DNA of 64,000 nucleotides from a virus: IMG/VR virus record IMGVR_UViG_3300036768_000843, positions 30,994 to 94,993 of that record; one strand, 5' to 3'. Shown piece by piece: positions 1 to 9,284 of this stretch (position 1 is its first letter; each line of letters starts with the position of its first letter). The notes under the pieces were generated by a model. It saw only the letters and a program-made list of their open reading frames with translations, ran no database searches and was not told where the DNA came from. The position numbers and the translations under genes were made by a program.

Positions 1-63
1 GTCGTGATTGGCGGGATCGGCTACGCGCTGCTGAACAAACCCAAGGCCGACGTGCCTTACTGA
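1..63 (+). CDS. 3' end of membrane-anchored protein (partial)
   Basis: Frame 1 reads VVIGGIGYALLNKPKADVPY*, a C-terminal hydrophobic helix like its neighbours. Confidence 0.6.
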   Translation, partial: VVIGGIGYALLNKPKADVPY

Positions 64-72
64 GGAGCTGCC

Positions 73-624
73 GTGCCGCTCAAGCTCGGTGTCGACTTCA
101 ACTGCAACGCGAGCATCTGCTACGGCATCGGCGCGACCAGCGACGCGCTGTTTCGGCGGCTGCAACAGACGCTGAATGCTTACGGCGCGGGGCTTGTCGT
201 CGACGGACGCATCGGTGCGAACACGGTCAGCGCCGTGCAGCGAATCTCGCGCGAGCGCGCACTTCCGTGGACGAGCGCTTCGCGCGAGGTGATCGCTGCG
301 AATGCCGATGCGATCGTCGCGCAGCTCGCGTCTTTGGCGTTGCCGCCCGCCGAGCCTCCACCCGAGATCATGTCGGTCGTGCAGCAGGCGGTCACGGCGT
401 GCCGCCAAGACCGATCGAGCCCGACTTGCACGAACGCCAAGGCGTTGTGCAAGACCGTTCGCGGGACCCCAAACGCTCAGCTCCCCGGCGTCGGCGAGCT
501 GTGTGCGGCTGTCCGGTTGCCGCTCTGGATGCGCTGGACGATCGGCGCGCTGGCTGTCTTTGGCATCGCAACCGGCAGCGTCATCGCCTACCGGCACTAT
601 CGACGGGCAAAGACGCGGCTGTGA
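73..624 (+). CDS. Peptidoglycan-binding-like protein with C-terminal TM anchor
   Basis: LQQTLN..GLVVDGRIGANT motif typical of PG_binding_1; C-terminal hydrophobic helix then basic tail; GAGGAG RBS. Confidence 0.7.
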   Translation: MPLKLGVDFNCNASICYGIGATSDALFRRLQQTLNAYGAGLVVDGRIGANTVSAVQRISRERALPWTSASREVIAANADAIVAQLASLALPPAEPPPEIMSVVQQAVTACRQDRSSPTCTNAKALCKTVRGTPNAQLPGVGELCAAVRLPLWMRWTIGALAVFGIATGSVIAYRHYRRAKTRL

Positions 625-639
625 TAGGCTCAAGGGGCG

Positions 640-1512
640 ATGCTCGCTCTCTACGGTTTCGGCCAACCCTCGCTGCTTGCCGTCATCCAAGCCATCCAGG
701 AGCGTGCCCGGCTGCGCACTCAGTCCCGAGGACTCGGAGAGCTCGTACACGACTTTGCCGCCTACGCTTCTGGAGGCCTCGATGCCGTGTACGTGTCGCC
801 TGACGGTGCCGTGTACTGCAGCAAGATCAAGCCGCAGAACTATCAGCAGTGCAAGCTGAACAAAGCAGGCGAAGCGGGCCGAGCACCGATTCGTGAAATG
901 CAGCGCGCCGTCGACCAATTCATCAATCTCGTCACGTCGCGCCTGCAGGGTCGTGCGTTGCGCGGGATCGTCGCGCGCGAAGACGGAACGCAGGAGGAGA
1001 TGAGCATCACGATCGACAACCTGCGCGATCCGATCGCCAAGGAGACGGGCTACGACGGGATCGTCGGACCGTCCACGCGAAACCACGTCGCGTACGCCAT
1101 GACCGCCGCTGGCATTCTCAAACGCACGGATGCGCCAGACGTGAAAAACGGCGTCGCCGTGACGAACGTGTGGGCGCACCCCACGCGGCCCGATCTGATG
1201 GCAGCGTACTCCAAAGAGATTGCCAGCTACCTGGATGGCGTCAGTCGCGATTTCGACGCGCTGATTTCCGCGTACGAAGCGCGGAAGACTCCAGCGCAGA
1301 CACCCGTCGACAATCCCGACACGTTGCCCTACGTCGTGCCGCAAGCCGTGCAGGAACCCCGTGTCAAGCTCGGCAGAGCCGTCATCGGCACGGCTGCCAT
1401 GTTGGGAGTGACGACCGTCGGTGCGATTGCAGCTGGCAAGAAGAAAGCAGCGCTCGACGCCATCCGGCTTGGGCCTGCTCTCGGACGTCACCGAAGATTG
1501 AAAGGTATGTGA
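640..1512 (+). CDS. Membrane-anchored hypothetical protein
   Basis: 290 aa ORF, DGIVGPST (PG-binding-like) motif, C-terminal hydrophobic segment plus KKK. Confidence 0.7.
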   Translation: MLALYGFGQPSLLAVIQAIQERARLRTQSRGLGELVHDFAAYASGGLDAVYVSPDGAVYCSKIKPQNYQQCKLNKAGEAGRAPIREMQRAVDQFINLVTSRLQGRALRGIVAREDGTQEEMSITIDNLRDPIAKETGYDGIVGPSTRNHVAYAMTAAGILKRTDAPDVKNGVAVTNVWAHPTRPDLMAAYSKEIASYLDGVSRDFDALISAYEARKTPAQTPVDNPDTLPYVVPQAVQEPRVKLGRAVIGTAAMLGVTTVGAIAAGKKKAALDAIRLGPALGRHRRLKGM

Positions 1513-1805
1513 TGCTCGCCGCGTATCGCTACGGTTTTCCGGATCTCTACGCCTACGAACCTCCCGTTCGCCCGATGCACTACGATCAGAGCCGTCAGTA
1601 CCAAGGCGTAATCGGGCGACGCTATCCGAAGGCGCGGACTTCGCGGTACCACACGCTGTATGATCAGAATATGTATCTGCAGCCTGGCGTGCCTGCTGGG
1701 CTAGGCGCGACAGCGACGTCGACGTGGGGTTCCAAGATCGCCATCGCGGGGGCCGTCCTCGCCGTTGGCGCGCTGGCTCTCGCGTTCGCGACCAGGCCAC
1801 AGTAA
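1512..1805 (+). CDS. Small Tyr-rich membrane-anchored protein
   Basis: ATG overlaps upstream TGA; MLAAYRYGF...AGLGATA...KIAIAGAVLAVGALALAFATRPQ. Confidence 0.7.
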   Translation: MLAAYRYGFPDLYAYEPPVRPMHYDQSRQYQGVIGRRYPKARTSRYHTLYDQNMYLQPGVPAGLGATATSTWGSKIAIAGAVLAVGALALAFATRPQ

Positions 1806-1820
1806 GAAGAGGAAGAGATC

Positions 1821-2105
1821 ATGAGCGCAGCAGCATACAATCGGGGCTCCCGGCGCATCTCCGCTGAAGCGGATGTGTGCATGCCGGCCCTCACGACCCG
1901 TGCAGACCGTCAGGCGTACAGGGACGCGATCAGACAACTGCGGGATCAGATCGCTGAGCTGGAGCGCAATTTGCGCCGCTGCCGTCGTGCGCTCGCGGCC
2001 GAGCGTGCTGGGCGAGAGGCTCTCCGTCAGCGTTGCATTGAAGCGGAGCAGAAGTACGACTACAGCGTCGGTATTCTCTGCAAGAAAGCATTTCCGGAAG
2101 ACTGA
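1821..2105 (+). CDS. Small coiled-coil hypothetical protein
   Basis: Purine-rich RBS; heptad pattern IRQLRDQIAELERNLR. Confidence 0.6.
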   Translation: MSAAAYNRGSRRISAEADVCMPALTTRADRQAYRDAIRQLRDQIAELERNLRRCRRALAAERAGREALRQRCIEAEQKYDYSVGILCKKAFPED

Positions 2106-2213
2106 CCGCGCCGCCCCGTCAAGCTGGGACACAGGAGGTGCCGCCTCTCGATCCCGCTGCCGGGCTAGGGCTGGCTCTCGCGTTCGCGACAAAGCGCGAT
2201 TAGAATTCCAACA

Positions 2214-2414
2214 ATGCCGCCTGCCAAGAAGCAATCTCCTCGCCGCTCCAAGCTGCGTCTACGGCATGTCCACGTGGTCGTCGACGAAGCGCTGTATGCC
2301 TCGCTCGAAGCTCACGCACGCAAGCTCGACGGACTGCCACGCACGGCCGCTCGTGCGCCGAATTTCTCGGCCGCAGCTCGTGACGCCTTGCGACGGGGCC
2401 TCGGCCTGGCCTAG
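2214..2414 (+). CDS. Ribbon-helix-helix-like DNA-binding protein
   Basis: Beta strand HVHVVVD, helix EALYASLEAHA, second helix NFSAAARDALRRGL. Confidence 0.55.
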   Translation: MPPAKKQSPRRSKLRLRHVHVVVDEALYASLEAHARKLDGLPRTAARAPNFSAAARDALRRGLGLA

Positions 2415-2422
2415 GATGGGCC

Positions 2423-2626
2423 ATGCCGCGCCGGCGCAATCCGCCACTCTGGGACGTGTACTGGAAAGACTTCGCGACGGCGTCCCGCGTCGCGACCGAC
2501 TTCTACGAAGACACTGGCTGCGTCGCCCGAATCCGTAGGGTTCGCGAGGGATACGGTGTGTACGCACCGCGAGACTGCCCCAGGCCGGGCGGACGCCGAC
2601 GACGTATCAAGCCGCCGAAGTCGTGA
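2423..2626 (+). CDS. Hypothetical protein
   Basis: 67 aa ORF in operon position. Confidence 0.45.
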   Translation: MPRRRNPPLWDVYWKDFATASRVATDFYEDTGCVARIRRVREGYGVYAPRDCPRPGGRRRRIKPPKS

Positions 2627-2667
2627 CTATGAGCAGAAGCAGAGGCTCCGACTGGCCGACGGCAGAT

Positions 2668-2768
2668 GCACGCAAGCTCGACGGACTGCCACGCGCGGCT
2701 GCTCGCGATGCCTTGCGACGGGGCCTCGGCCTGGCCTAGGATAGGCCATAGCAATGCCGCACCGGCGC
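2668..2768 (+). repeat. Degenerate duplicate of 2316-2437 (end of RHH gene plus start of next gene)
   Basis: gcacgcaagctcgacggactgccacgc and ccttgcgacggggcctcggcctggcctaggat occur at both places, with an internal deletion in this copy. Confidence 0.85.
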
Positions 2769-3131
2769 GATCTACAAAGCGTGTACTATGCAGTGACTTG
2801 GACTTGGGACACGGGGCCGATCACTGTGTACCTAGGCAGCTTCTCCTCCGTCGAGGACGCGGAAGAAGCGTTCAATCGCCTCGATCACCTCGCCCTCATC
2901 GAGAGGGCGGCGGACGATTTTGGATTCTTCGACGAGGAACTGTCAGAAGAAGAAGCCGACGAGGCGCTCCGCGCAGAAGGTGCGTTGCGCGCCCGGGACA
3001 TGGGGGCAGGTTGGTGGCTCTGGGAGTTCCCGCCGAAATTACAGCTCTGGGAACTCTCGCCGGAAGAGATCCGGCGGATGCCGGAAGGGATCCGGCGGTA
3101 CGCCGAAGGTAGAGCAGGACGTCGACGGTAG
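2754..3131 (+). CDS. Acidic hypothetical protein
   Basis: 125 aa ORF with plausible composition; ends inside the tandem repeat. Confidence 0.55.
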   Translation: MPHRRDLQSVYYAVTWTWDTGPITVYLGSFSSVEDAEEAFNRLDHLALIERAADDFGFFDEELSEEEADEALRAEGALRARDMGAGWWLWEFPPKLQLWELSPEEIRRMPEGIRRYAEGRAGRRR

Positions 3132-3264
3132 AGCAGGACGTCGACGGTAGAGCAGGACGTCGACGGTAGAGCAGGACGTCGACGGTAGCAGGACGTCGAC
3201 GGTAGAGCAGGACGTCGACGGTAGAGCAGGACGTCGACGGTAGAGCAGGACGTCGACGGTAGAG
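3108..3264. repeat. 19-bp tandem repeat, about 8 copies
   Basis: Unit ggtagagcaggacgtcgac; one copy lacks 2 bp. Confidence 0.95.
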
Positions 3265-3269
3265 ATCCC

Positions 3270-3549
3270 GGGCTGGCCCCCGGCTGGCCCCGGCTGGCCG
3301 GCCCCCGGCTGGCCCCGGCTGGCCCCCGGCTGGCCGGCCCCCGGCTGGCCCCGGCTGGCCCCCGGCTGGCCCCGGCTGGCCGGCCCCCGGCTGGCCCCGG
3401 CTGGCCCCGGCTGGCCGGCCCCCGGCTGGCCCCGGCTGGCCCCGGCTGGCCCCGGCTGGCCCCGGCTGGCCCCGGCTGGCCGGCCCCCGGCTGGCCCCGG
3501 CTGGCCCCGGCTGGCCCCGGCTGGCCGGCCCCGGCTGGCCTCCGGCTGG
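3270..3549. repeat. About 10-bp GC-rich tandem repeat
   Basis: Unit ggctggcccc with ggctggccggccccc variants. Confidence 0.95.
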
Positions 3550-3637
3550 AAAAGCCCGGTATTTACCGCTAGTTAGGCAGGGCCCCGCCCTTGGACTGGG
3601 GTCCCGGCGCAAAAGCCCTGTATTTATCGATAGTTAG
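3550..3637. promoter_or_regulatory. Pair of 27-bp direct repeats, possible protein-binding or recombination sites
   Basis: aaaagcccggtatttaccgctagttag (3550-3576) and aaaagccctgtatttatcgatagttag (3611-3637) in an AT-rich patch. Confidence 0.6.
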
Positions 3638-3826
3638 ACCGAATCTATCGAGCGAACCGGTCCGGATCATTCCAGCCGAGAGGCGAAAATGCTAGGAATT
3701 TCCGGAAGTTATAAAATAGTTGGAAAAAAGCTCTCGACAAGTGAACAGGATCAGGGTAGGGTCTGACGGTTATGCTGGTAAAATGCGAACACCTGCGCGG
3801 CACCCGACGGCTGGGCACGGGAGGTG

Positions 3827-3897
3827 CCGCCTCCCGGGCGCACGATTCCCCGCCGGGCGCGGTGCCCGGCGAAAACCGAAAGGATATCAACATGATC
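3827..3897 (+). promoter_or_regulatory. Hairpin-RBS leader, copy 1
   Basis: cgccgggc-gcggt-gcccggcg hairpin then ccgaaaggatatcaacATGATC; near-identical copy at 4314-4389. Confidence 0.75.
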
Positions 3898-4299
3898 ACG
3901 CTCCGCGATCTCGCCTCCTGCGAGGACATCTCGCTCGACGAGCGCATGTATGTTTTGGGGCGCGCGCTCGCGCAATACGACGAGCTGCGTGCGCGCCTCT
4001 ATGCCGCCGAGACGGCGGCCCTCGCGGCGTCGGAGGACGCCGCTAGGGCCGCCGCATGGACCGCTGCGGCAGACGTCGCATGGGCCGCCGCTAGGGCCGC
4101 CGCTAGGGCCGCCCTCAGGGCCGCTGTCCTAGCGGCAGCCGAGACGGACACTGCGTGGGGCGCCGAGATGCGACGCGCGCTCGACCGTGCCGTCGAGTGG
4201 CTCGGCGGCTACGCCGATCAGACCGTCCGGTGGACTGATCACCCTGATCACCCGAGACAGTACTGGATTGGCGCCGTCCCCGTAGCACCGTCCCCGTAG
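3892..4299 (+). CDS. Ala-rich phage protein, paralog of 59061 and 59717 genes
   Basis: DISLDERMYVLGRAL...EWLGGYAD matches DIDLDERMWVLGRVL...EWLGDYAD; ATG follows aagga RBS. Confidence 0.75.
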   Translation: MITLRDLASCEDISLDERMYVLGRALAQYDELRARLYAAETAALAASEDAARAAAWTAAADVAWAAARAAARAALRAAVLAAAETDTAWGAEMRRALDRAVEWLGGYADQTVRWTDHPDHPRQYWIGAVPVAPSP

Positions 4300-4313
4300 C
4301 ACCGTCCCCGTCC

Positions 4314-4389
4314 CCGCCTCCCGGGCGCACGATTCCCCGCCGGGCACCGCGCCCGGCGGACCGAAAACCGAAAGGAGATCAACATGATC
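4314..4389 (+). promoter_or_regulatory. Hairpin-RBS leader, copy 2
   Basis: Same leader as 3827-3897, with loop accgc. Confidence 0.75.
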
Positions 4390-6747
4390 CTACGACATGC
4401 CCATAACGTTTGGTGGGCCGAGTGCTCGTACGACGAGCGCTCGGCCCCCAAGGCCGCCGGCCTACGCTGGCACGGCGGCGACTGCCGCGCGGGCTGCGCC
4501 GCCTGCGCAGCCGGCCTCCACCACCGCGTGTGGTGGACCGACCGCGCCGAGTGCGCGGCGCGGCTCGCCGCCTACGCGGACGATGCCGCGCGCGCGGCGC
4601 TCGCCGCGCACGTCGCGACGGTCGCGGCCTCGCACGCGACCGACGCAGAGATCGAGATCCCGGCCCCCGAGGGCCGGGCGTACCTAGGCTATCAGCGGGC
4701 CGGGATCGCGTACGCCGCCGGGCGGCCCGCGACCCTAATCGCCGACGAAATGGGCCTGGGCAAGACCGTCCAGGCTCTTGGAATCATTAACGTTTTAGCC
4801 TCGCGGGGCGAGGCCAAAAACGCGCTGATCATCTGCCCCGCGAGCCTCCGGATCAACTGGGCTCGCGAGGCCCAGCGGTGGCTCACCGGCCCCGCCGCGA
4901 CGCTCCGCGTCGCGGTCGTCGAAGAAGACGTCCTCCCCGACGCGGACATCCTGATCGTCGGGTACGAGCGGGCGCGGCGGCCCGCGTGCCACGCCGCGCT
5001 GATGGCGCGGGAGTGGGACCTCGTCGTCGCCGACGAGGCGCACCGCGTCAAAAACCCCAAGGCGCAGCAGACGGTCGCGCTCTTGGGGCGCGAGGGGCGG
5101 CGCGGCGAGCTCGGGGAGCCCGGGCTCGTTAACCGGGCGAAAAAGCTAGTCTTTTTGACGGGCACCCCGGTGCTCAACCGCCCTGTCGAGCTGTACCCGC
5201 TCTTGCGGGTACTCGCTCCAGAAAAGTTCAACAATTTCATGCACTTTGCGCGCCGCTACTGCGGCGCGCACAAGGAGCGCATCCCCGGAGGGCGCGAGGT
5301 TTGGCACTTCGACGGTGCCACTAACCTCGCGGAATTGCAGGAGATCCTTCGGTCGACGTGCATGGTGCGTCGGCTGAAAGCCGACGTGCTCACCGATCTG
5401 CCGCCCAAGCGGCGGCAGATCGTCGAGCTAGCCCCGAACGGCGCAGCTGCGGCGGTCCGCGCCGAGGCCGATGCCTACGCGCGTGTCGAGGCCACCGTCG
5501 CCGAGGCCGAGGCCGACGCCGAGATCGCCGAGGCCTCGGGCGACGCCGAGGCCTACGCAGCCGCCGTCGCGCGGCTGCGCGCGGCGCACCGCGTCGCGTT
5601 CGGCGAGATCTCGGCCCAGCGCCACCGCGTGGCGCTGGCCAAGGTCCCGCACGTCGTCGAGCACGTCTGCGACGTGCTCGAAAACACCAATAAAGTCGTG
5701 GTATTTGCCCACCACCACGACGTGATCGCGGAGATCTCGGCAGGACTCCGCGCGGCTGGGCACGGCGTCGTCGTGCTGACCGGCGAGACGTCCGCCGCCG
5801 ATCGCCAGGCGGCGGTCGATAAGTTCCAAACCGACGAAAACACTCGCGTTTTCGTCGGGTCGATCGCCGCGGCCGGCGTCGGGTTGACCTTGACGGCGGC
5901 GTCGACGGTGGTCATGGCCGAACTGGCCTGGGTCCCGGCGGATGTGACCCAAGCCGAGGACCGGTGCCACCGAATTGGCCAGACGTCGTCGGTGCTCGTC
6001 CAGCACCTAGTGTTCGATGGGTCGTTGGATGCGCGCATGGCGCGCATCCTGCTGGAAAAGCAGGAGATTTCGGATTCCGTCCTCGACCGCGCGACGGCGG
6101 TCGAAGCGCCGACCGTCCAGGATCGCCCGGCGCGTCCGGCGCGGCGGTACCCCGCCGCGACGGACGAGCAGCGCGCCACGCTCGCGGGCGCGATGCGCAC
6201 CCTGGCCCGGTGGTGCGATGGTGCCGTCCTGCACGACGGCGCGGGCTTCGGCCGCGTCGACGTCGCGATCGGCCACCGGCTCGCCGCGCTCACGCGGCCC
6301 TACACGGACGGCGAGGCCTACCTCGCCGCAAGGCTGGCGATCAAGTACCATCGCCAGCTCCCGACCGAGGTCGTCGAGCTGGCGCGTGCGCTCCTGGCGG
6401 CTCCGGCCCCGGCTCCGGCCCCGGCCCCGGCTTCGGCCCCGGCCCCGGCTCCGGCCCCAGCCCCGGCCCCAGCCCCGGCTCCGGCCCCGGCACCGGCCCC
6501 GGCCCCGGCCCCGGCCCCGACCCCGGCCCCGGCCCCAGCCCCGGCTCCGGCTCCGGCCCCGGCCGCGCCCCGGCAGTGGCGCGGCACCTGGGCGCGCCTG
6601 CGATCGGGCGCGTGGGGGCTGCGGATCGATGGTGATCCACAGCCGGGAGACACCGTCCGCGCGACCCGGCGCGACGGCTCGGCGTCGACGGAGCGGGTGC
6701 GTCGGGTCGTGTGGCGCGGCGACGGCGTCGCGCTGTGCGAGGTGTGA
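4384..6747 (+). CDS. SNF2/SMARCAL1-like helicase with Pro-Ala linker and small C-terminal domain
   Basis: ADEMGLGKT, DEAH, LTGTP, GVGLTL, QAEDRCHRIGQ motifs; long (PA)n linker near the C-terminus. Confidence 0.92.
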   Translation: MILRHAHNVWWAECSYDERSAPKAAGLRWHGGDCRAGCAACAAGLHHRVWWTDRAECAARLAAYADDAARAALAAHVATVAASHATDAEIEIPAPEGRAYLGYQRAGIAYAAGRPATLIADEMGLGKTVQALGIINVLASRGEAKNALIICPASLRINWAREAQRWLTGPAATLRVAVVEEDVLPDADILIVGYERARRPACHAALMAREWDLVVADEAHRVKNPKAQQTVALLGREGRRGELGEPGLVNRAKKLVFLTGTPVLNRPVELYPLLRVLAPEKFNNFMHFARRYCGAHKERIPGGREVWHFDGATNLAELQEILRSTCMVRRLKADVLTDLPPKRRQIVELAPNGAAAAVRAEADAYARVEATVAEAEADAEIAEASGDAEAYAAAVARLRAAHRVAFGEISAQRHRVALAKVPHVVEHVCDVLENTNKVVVFAHHHDVIAEISAGLRAAGHGVVVLTGETSAADRQAAVDKFQTDENTRVFVGSIAAAGVGLTLTAASTVVMAELAWVPADVTQAEDRCHRIGQTSSVLVQHLVFDGSLDARMARILLEKQEISDSVLDRATAVEAPTVQDRPARPARRYPAATDEQRATLAGAMRTLARWCDGAVLHDGAGFGRVDVAIGHRLAALTRPYTDGEAYLAARLAIKYHRQLPTEVVELARALLAAPAPAPAPAPASAPAPAPAPAPAPAPAPAPAPAPAPAPAPTPAPAPAPAPAPAPAAPRQWRGTWARLRSGAWGLRIDGDPQPGDTVRATRRDGSASTERVRRVVWRGDGVALCEV

Positions 6748-6770
6748 TTTTACTCTTCGATGGCAGGAGG

Positions 6771-6856
6771 TTGACACTTGAATAATCGAGATCGCTTACC
6801 GTCAACGTAGCAATCGCCGTCGGCAAACTCGCCGACGGCCCGAAAGGAGAACAACC
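6771..6856 (+). promoter_or_regulatory. Putative promoter and hairpin-RBS leader
   Basis: TTGACA at 6771; gccgtcggc-aaactc-gccgacggc hairpin (6816-6839) followed by ccgaaaggag. Confidence 0.55.
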
Positions 6857-8335
6857 GTGCAAGAGATCCTACGCCGCCGCGACGCGGGCTACGCCTGCGT
6901 CGCGGTCGAAACCCCCGAGGAGGAGCGGCTGACCGCCGCGCTCCTTGGGGCCGTCGCAGGTCCCGTCCGCCGCATCGCAGCGGTCGGGGGCCTGCTTGAC
7001 CTCCGCACCCGGGCCGTCGAGGCCCGGGCGTCCTATCCGGACGCCTGGACCTGGATCGCCGGTGAGCGCGACGGTGTGCTGGTGGCCTGCGACTACCAGC
7101 ACATCGCCCGTGCTCCGGCGGGCTACCGCCCGCTGCGGGACGCACTCCCGCGCATTCGCGCAATGGGGGCGTACGTCGTCCTCGTCGCCCCGCGTTGGGA
7201 TCTCCCGCCGGAGTTGGCGCGGGAAATCCCCGTCCTCTCGTGGGCACTGCCCACGCGCGCGCAACTTACGCGCGCCGCCGAGATCTGCTTGTCCTCGGCC
7301 GGGCTGCCTTCGCCGGCCGAGGACGTTCTTACCGCCGCGCTCGACGCGGCGGCCGGCCTTACGCTCGGCGAGGCCGAGGGAGCGATGGCTCTGGCCATCG
7401 CCGAACACGGCGCGCTCGATCGCACGACGATCGAGCGCGAAAAGCTCGCGCGCATCCGCGCGAGCGGGTGCCTGGAGGTCGCCCCGGCGGCCACGCTGGG
7501 CGACGTCGGCGGCCTGGCACACCTGCGCCGGTGGATCGCCGACGAGGCGATCCCCGCCGCGCAAGATCCGGATCTCGCGATCCGGGGGATCCTGCTGGCC
7601 GGCGTGCCCGGCACCGGCAAGTCGCTGGCCGCGCGTGCGCTCGGAGCGGCGCTGCGCCGCCCGGTGATCCGGCTGGATCTCGCGGCGACCAAGGGCTCGC
7701 TGGTCGGCGAGTCCGAGCGTCGCATCCGCGACGCACTCGCGACGGTCGAGGCCATCGCGCCGGCAGTCCTGTGGATCGACGAACTGGAAAAGGCCGTCGG
7801 GGGATACAGGTCGTCGGCGGCGACCGACTCCGGCGTCACCCTCGGCCTGGTCGGGCACCTACTGACCTGGCTCCAGGAGCACCGGTCGGCCGTGACCACA
7901 GTGGCCACGGCAAACGAGGTCGACGGTCTACCGCCCGAGTTGCTCCGGGCGGGCCGCTTCGACGCGGCGTTCTTCGTCGATCTCCCGACGCCGAGCGAGC
8001 GCCGGGAGATCGCGCTGGTCCACCTGCGACGCTACGCGGCGCAGGGGATCGACATCGCGCCGCTGGCCGACGTGATCGCGTCGGTCAGCGACAGGTGGAC
8101 CGGTGCCGAGATCGAGGCGCTGGTCCGTTCGGCCGCCCGGCGCTCGCGGCGGCAGATCGACGCCGCGACGATCGAAGCAGCAGCGCGCGGGATCGTGCCG
8201 CTGTCCCGATCCCGCGCCGAGGAGATCGCGCGGCTGCGCGAGTGGGCGCGCGATCGGTTCCGCGCCGCTGGCGGTGTCGACGTCGAGTCCGCGACGCCGA
8301 CCGCGCGGCGCATCCGCGCTGGAGGTGTGCCGTGA
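6857..8335 (+). CDS. AAA+ ATPase (Ycf46-like)
   Basis: GVPGTGKS Walker A, LWIDELEK Walker B, LPPELLRAGRFD second region of homology; degenerate N-terminal AAA module. Confidence 0.9.
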   Translation: MQEILRRRDAGYACVAVETPEEERLTAALLGAVAGPVRRIAAVGGLLDLRTRAVEARASYPDAWTWIAGERDGVLVACDYQHIARAPAGYRPLRDALPRIRAMGAYVVLVAPRWDLPPELAREIPVLSWALPTRAQLTRAAEICLSSAGLPSPAEDVLTAALDAAAGLTLGEAEGAMALAIAEHGALDRTTIEREKLARIRASGCLEVAPAATLGDVGGLAHLRRWIADEAIPAAQDPDLAIRGILLAGVPGTGKSLAARALGAALRRPVIRLDLAATKGSLVGESERRIRDALATVEAIAPAVLWIDELEKAVGGYRSSAATDSGVTLGLVGHLLTWLQEHRSAVTTVATANEVDGLPPELLRAGRFDAAFFVDLPTPSERREIALVHLRRYAAQGIDIAPLADVIASVSDRWTGAEIEALVRSAARRSRRQIDAATIEAAARGIVPLSRSRAEEIARLREWARDRFRAAGGVDVESATPTARRIRAGGVP

Positions 8336-8607
8336 GTCGGCGCGCGGTCGTCCACGGCGAGCGGCTGGCGGTCGTCCACGACGACCGCTGGATGCCCATT
8401 CTCCACGCGCTCGGGCGCGTGGAGATCGAACGGGCGAGCGATGTCGAGTACGACGCGCTCGCGCAGGAGTGGGTCGCGCGCTATCGCGCGACCGGAGAAG
8501 TGATCGCGCGCGGCGAGCGCCGCGCGGACGTGATCCAAGCGGAGATCGCTTGGATCGAGCGCCGCCTCGCGGCGGCGGCGGCAAACGAAAGTGAGGTGAT
8601 GCCATGA
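8332..8607 (+). CDS. Small hypothetical protein of the AAA cluster
   Basis: GTGA overlap with AAA stop; IERASDVEYD...RADVIQAEIAWI. Confidence 0.65.
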   Translation: MSRRAVVHGERLAVVHDDRWMPILHALGRVEIERASDVEYDALAQEWVARYRATGEVIARGERRADVIQAEIAWIERRLAAAAANESEVMP

Positions 8608-9284
8608 TCGGTCGCGTACCTGACGGGATCCTCGTGTCCCTGCACACCCGCCTGCACGGCGGGGTGACCTATCAACGCCGCGATCTCGGCGGCGATCAGA
8701 TCGTCGACGGCCAGCGGGTCGTCTCCCGGTGGGAGACGACCAAGATCGTGACCGACGCGGCGGAACTCGCGGCTGCGTCGTCCGTGCGCAGCGCGGCGGG
8801 ATATCTCATTCGCCGCGTGTGCGTGCCAACGCGGTTCGGCCTCGTGTGTCCACTGAGGCACGAGGCCGAGCTGCGCCAGGCAATCGACGAGGCCCGCCGC
8901 CTCGTCGACGAGCACAACCGTCAGGCGCGCCACGCGCGCGTCGAACTGGGCGTCCTGTGCGGACGGGTCGACGGATCGGCCGCCGAGACGGTTCGCGCAA
9001 TCGCCCAAGAGCTGGGCAGCGTCCTGGGCGATCTCCAGGGCGCGGCGGATCGGGGCGACGTCGCGCAGATCCGCGAGGCTGCGACGCGCGCTCGTGGCCT
9101 TGTCGCGATCCTGCCGGCGGATCTCGCCGCGCAGGTCGAGCAGATCGTCGAGACTGCCCGGGCGCAAGCCCGGGAAATCCGGCGCGACGGCGAGACGTCG
9201 CGAGACGTCGTACCGCTGATCCAAGCCGCACAGCGCGTGATCCGCGTCCGCGCGCGGGACGCGCGGGAGGAGGTGATGTCATGA
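8604..9284 (+). CDS. Hypothetical protein
   Basis: ATGA overlaps at both ends, RBS gaggt. Confidence 0.75.
   Translation: MIGRVPDGILVSLHTRLHGGVTYQRRDLGGDQIVDGQRVVSRWETTKIVTDAAELAAASSVRSAAGYLIRRVCVPTRFGLVCPLRHEAELRQAIDEARRLVDEHNRQARHARVELGVLCGRVDGSAAETVRAIAQELGSVLGDLQGAADRGDVAQIREAATRARGLVAILPADLAAQVEQIVETARAQAREIRRDGETSRDVVPLIQAAQRVIRVRARDAREEVMS

Noticed and set aside
3108-3549. Second CRISPR-like array or real repeat protein (ORF 2896-3612 minus)
   Set aside because: These are head-to-tail repeats without unique spacers; the ORF is a by-product of stop-free repeats
3550-3640. Integron attI/attC sites (GTTRRRY endings)
   Set aside because: No RYYYAAC partner or cassette array, and neither recombinase shows an IntI-specific insertion
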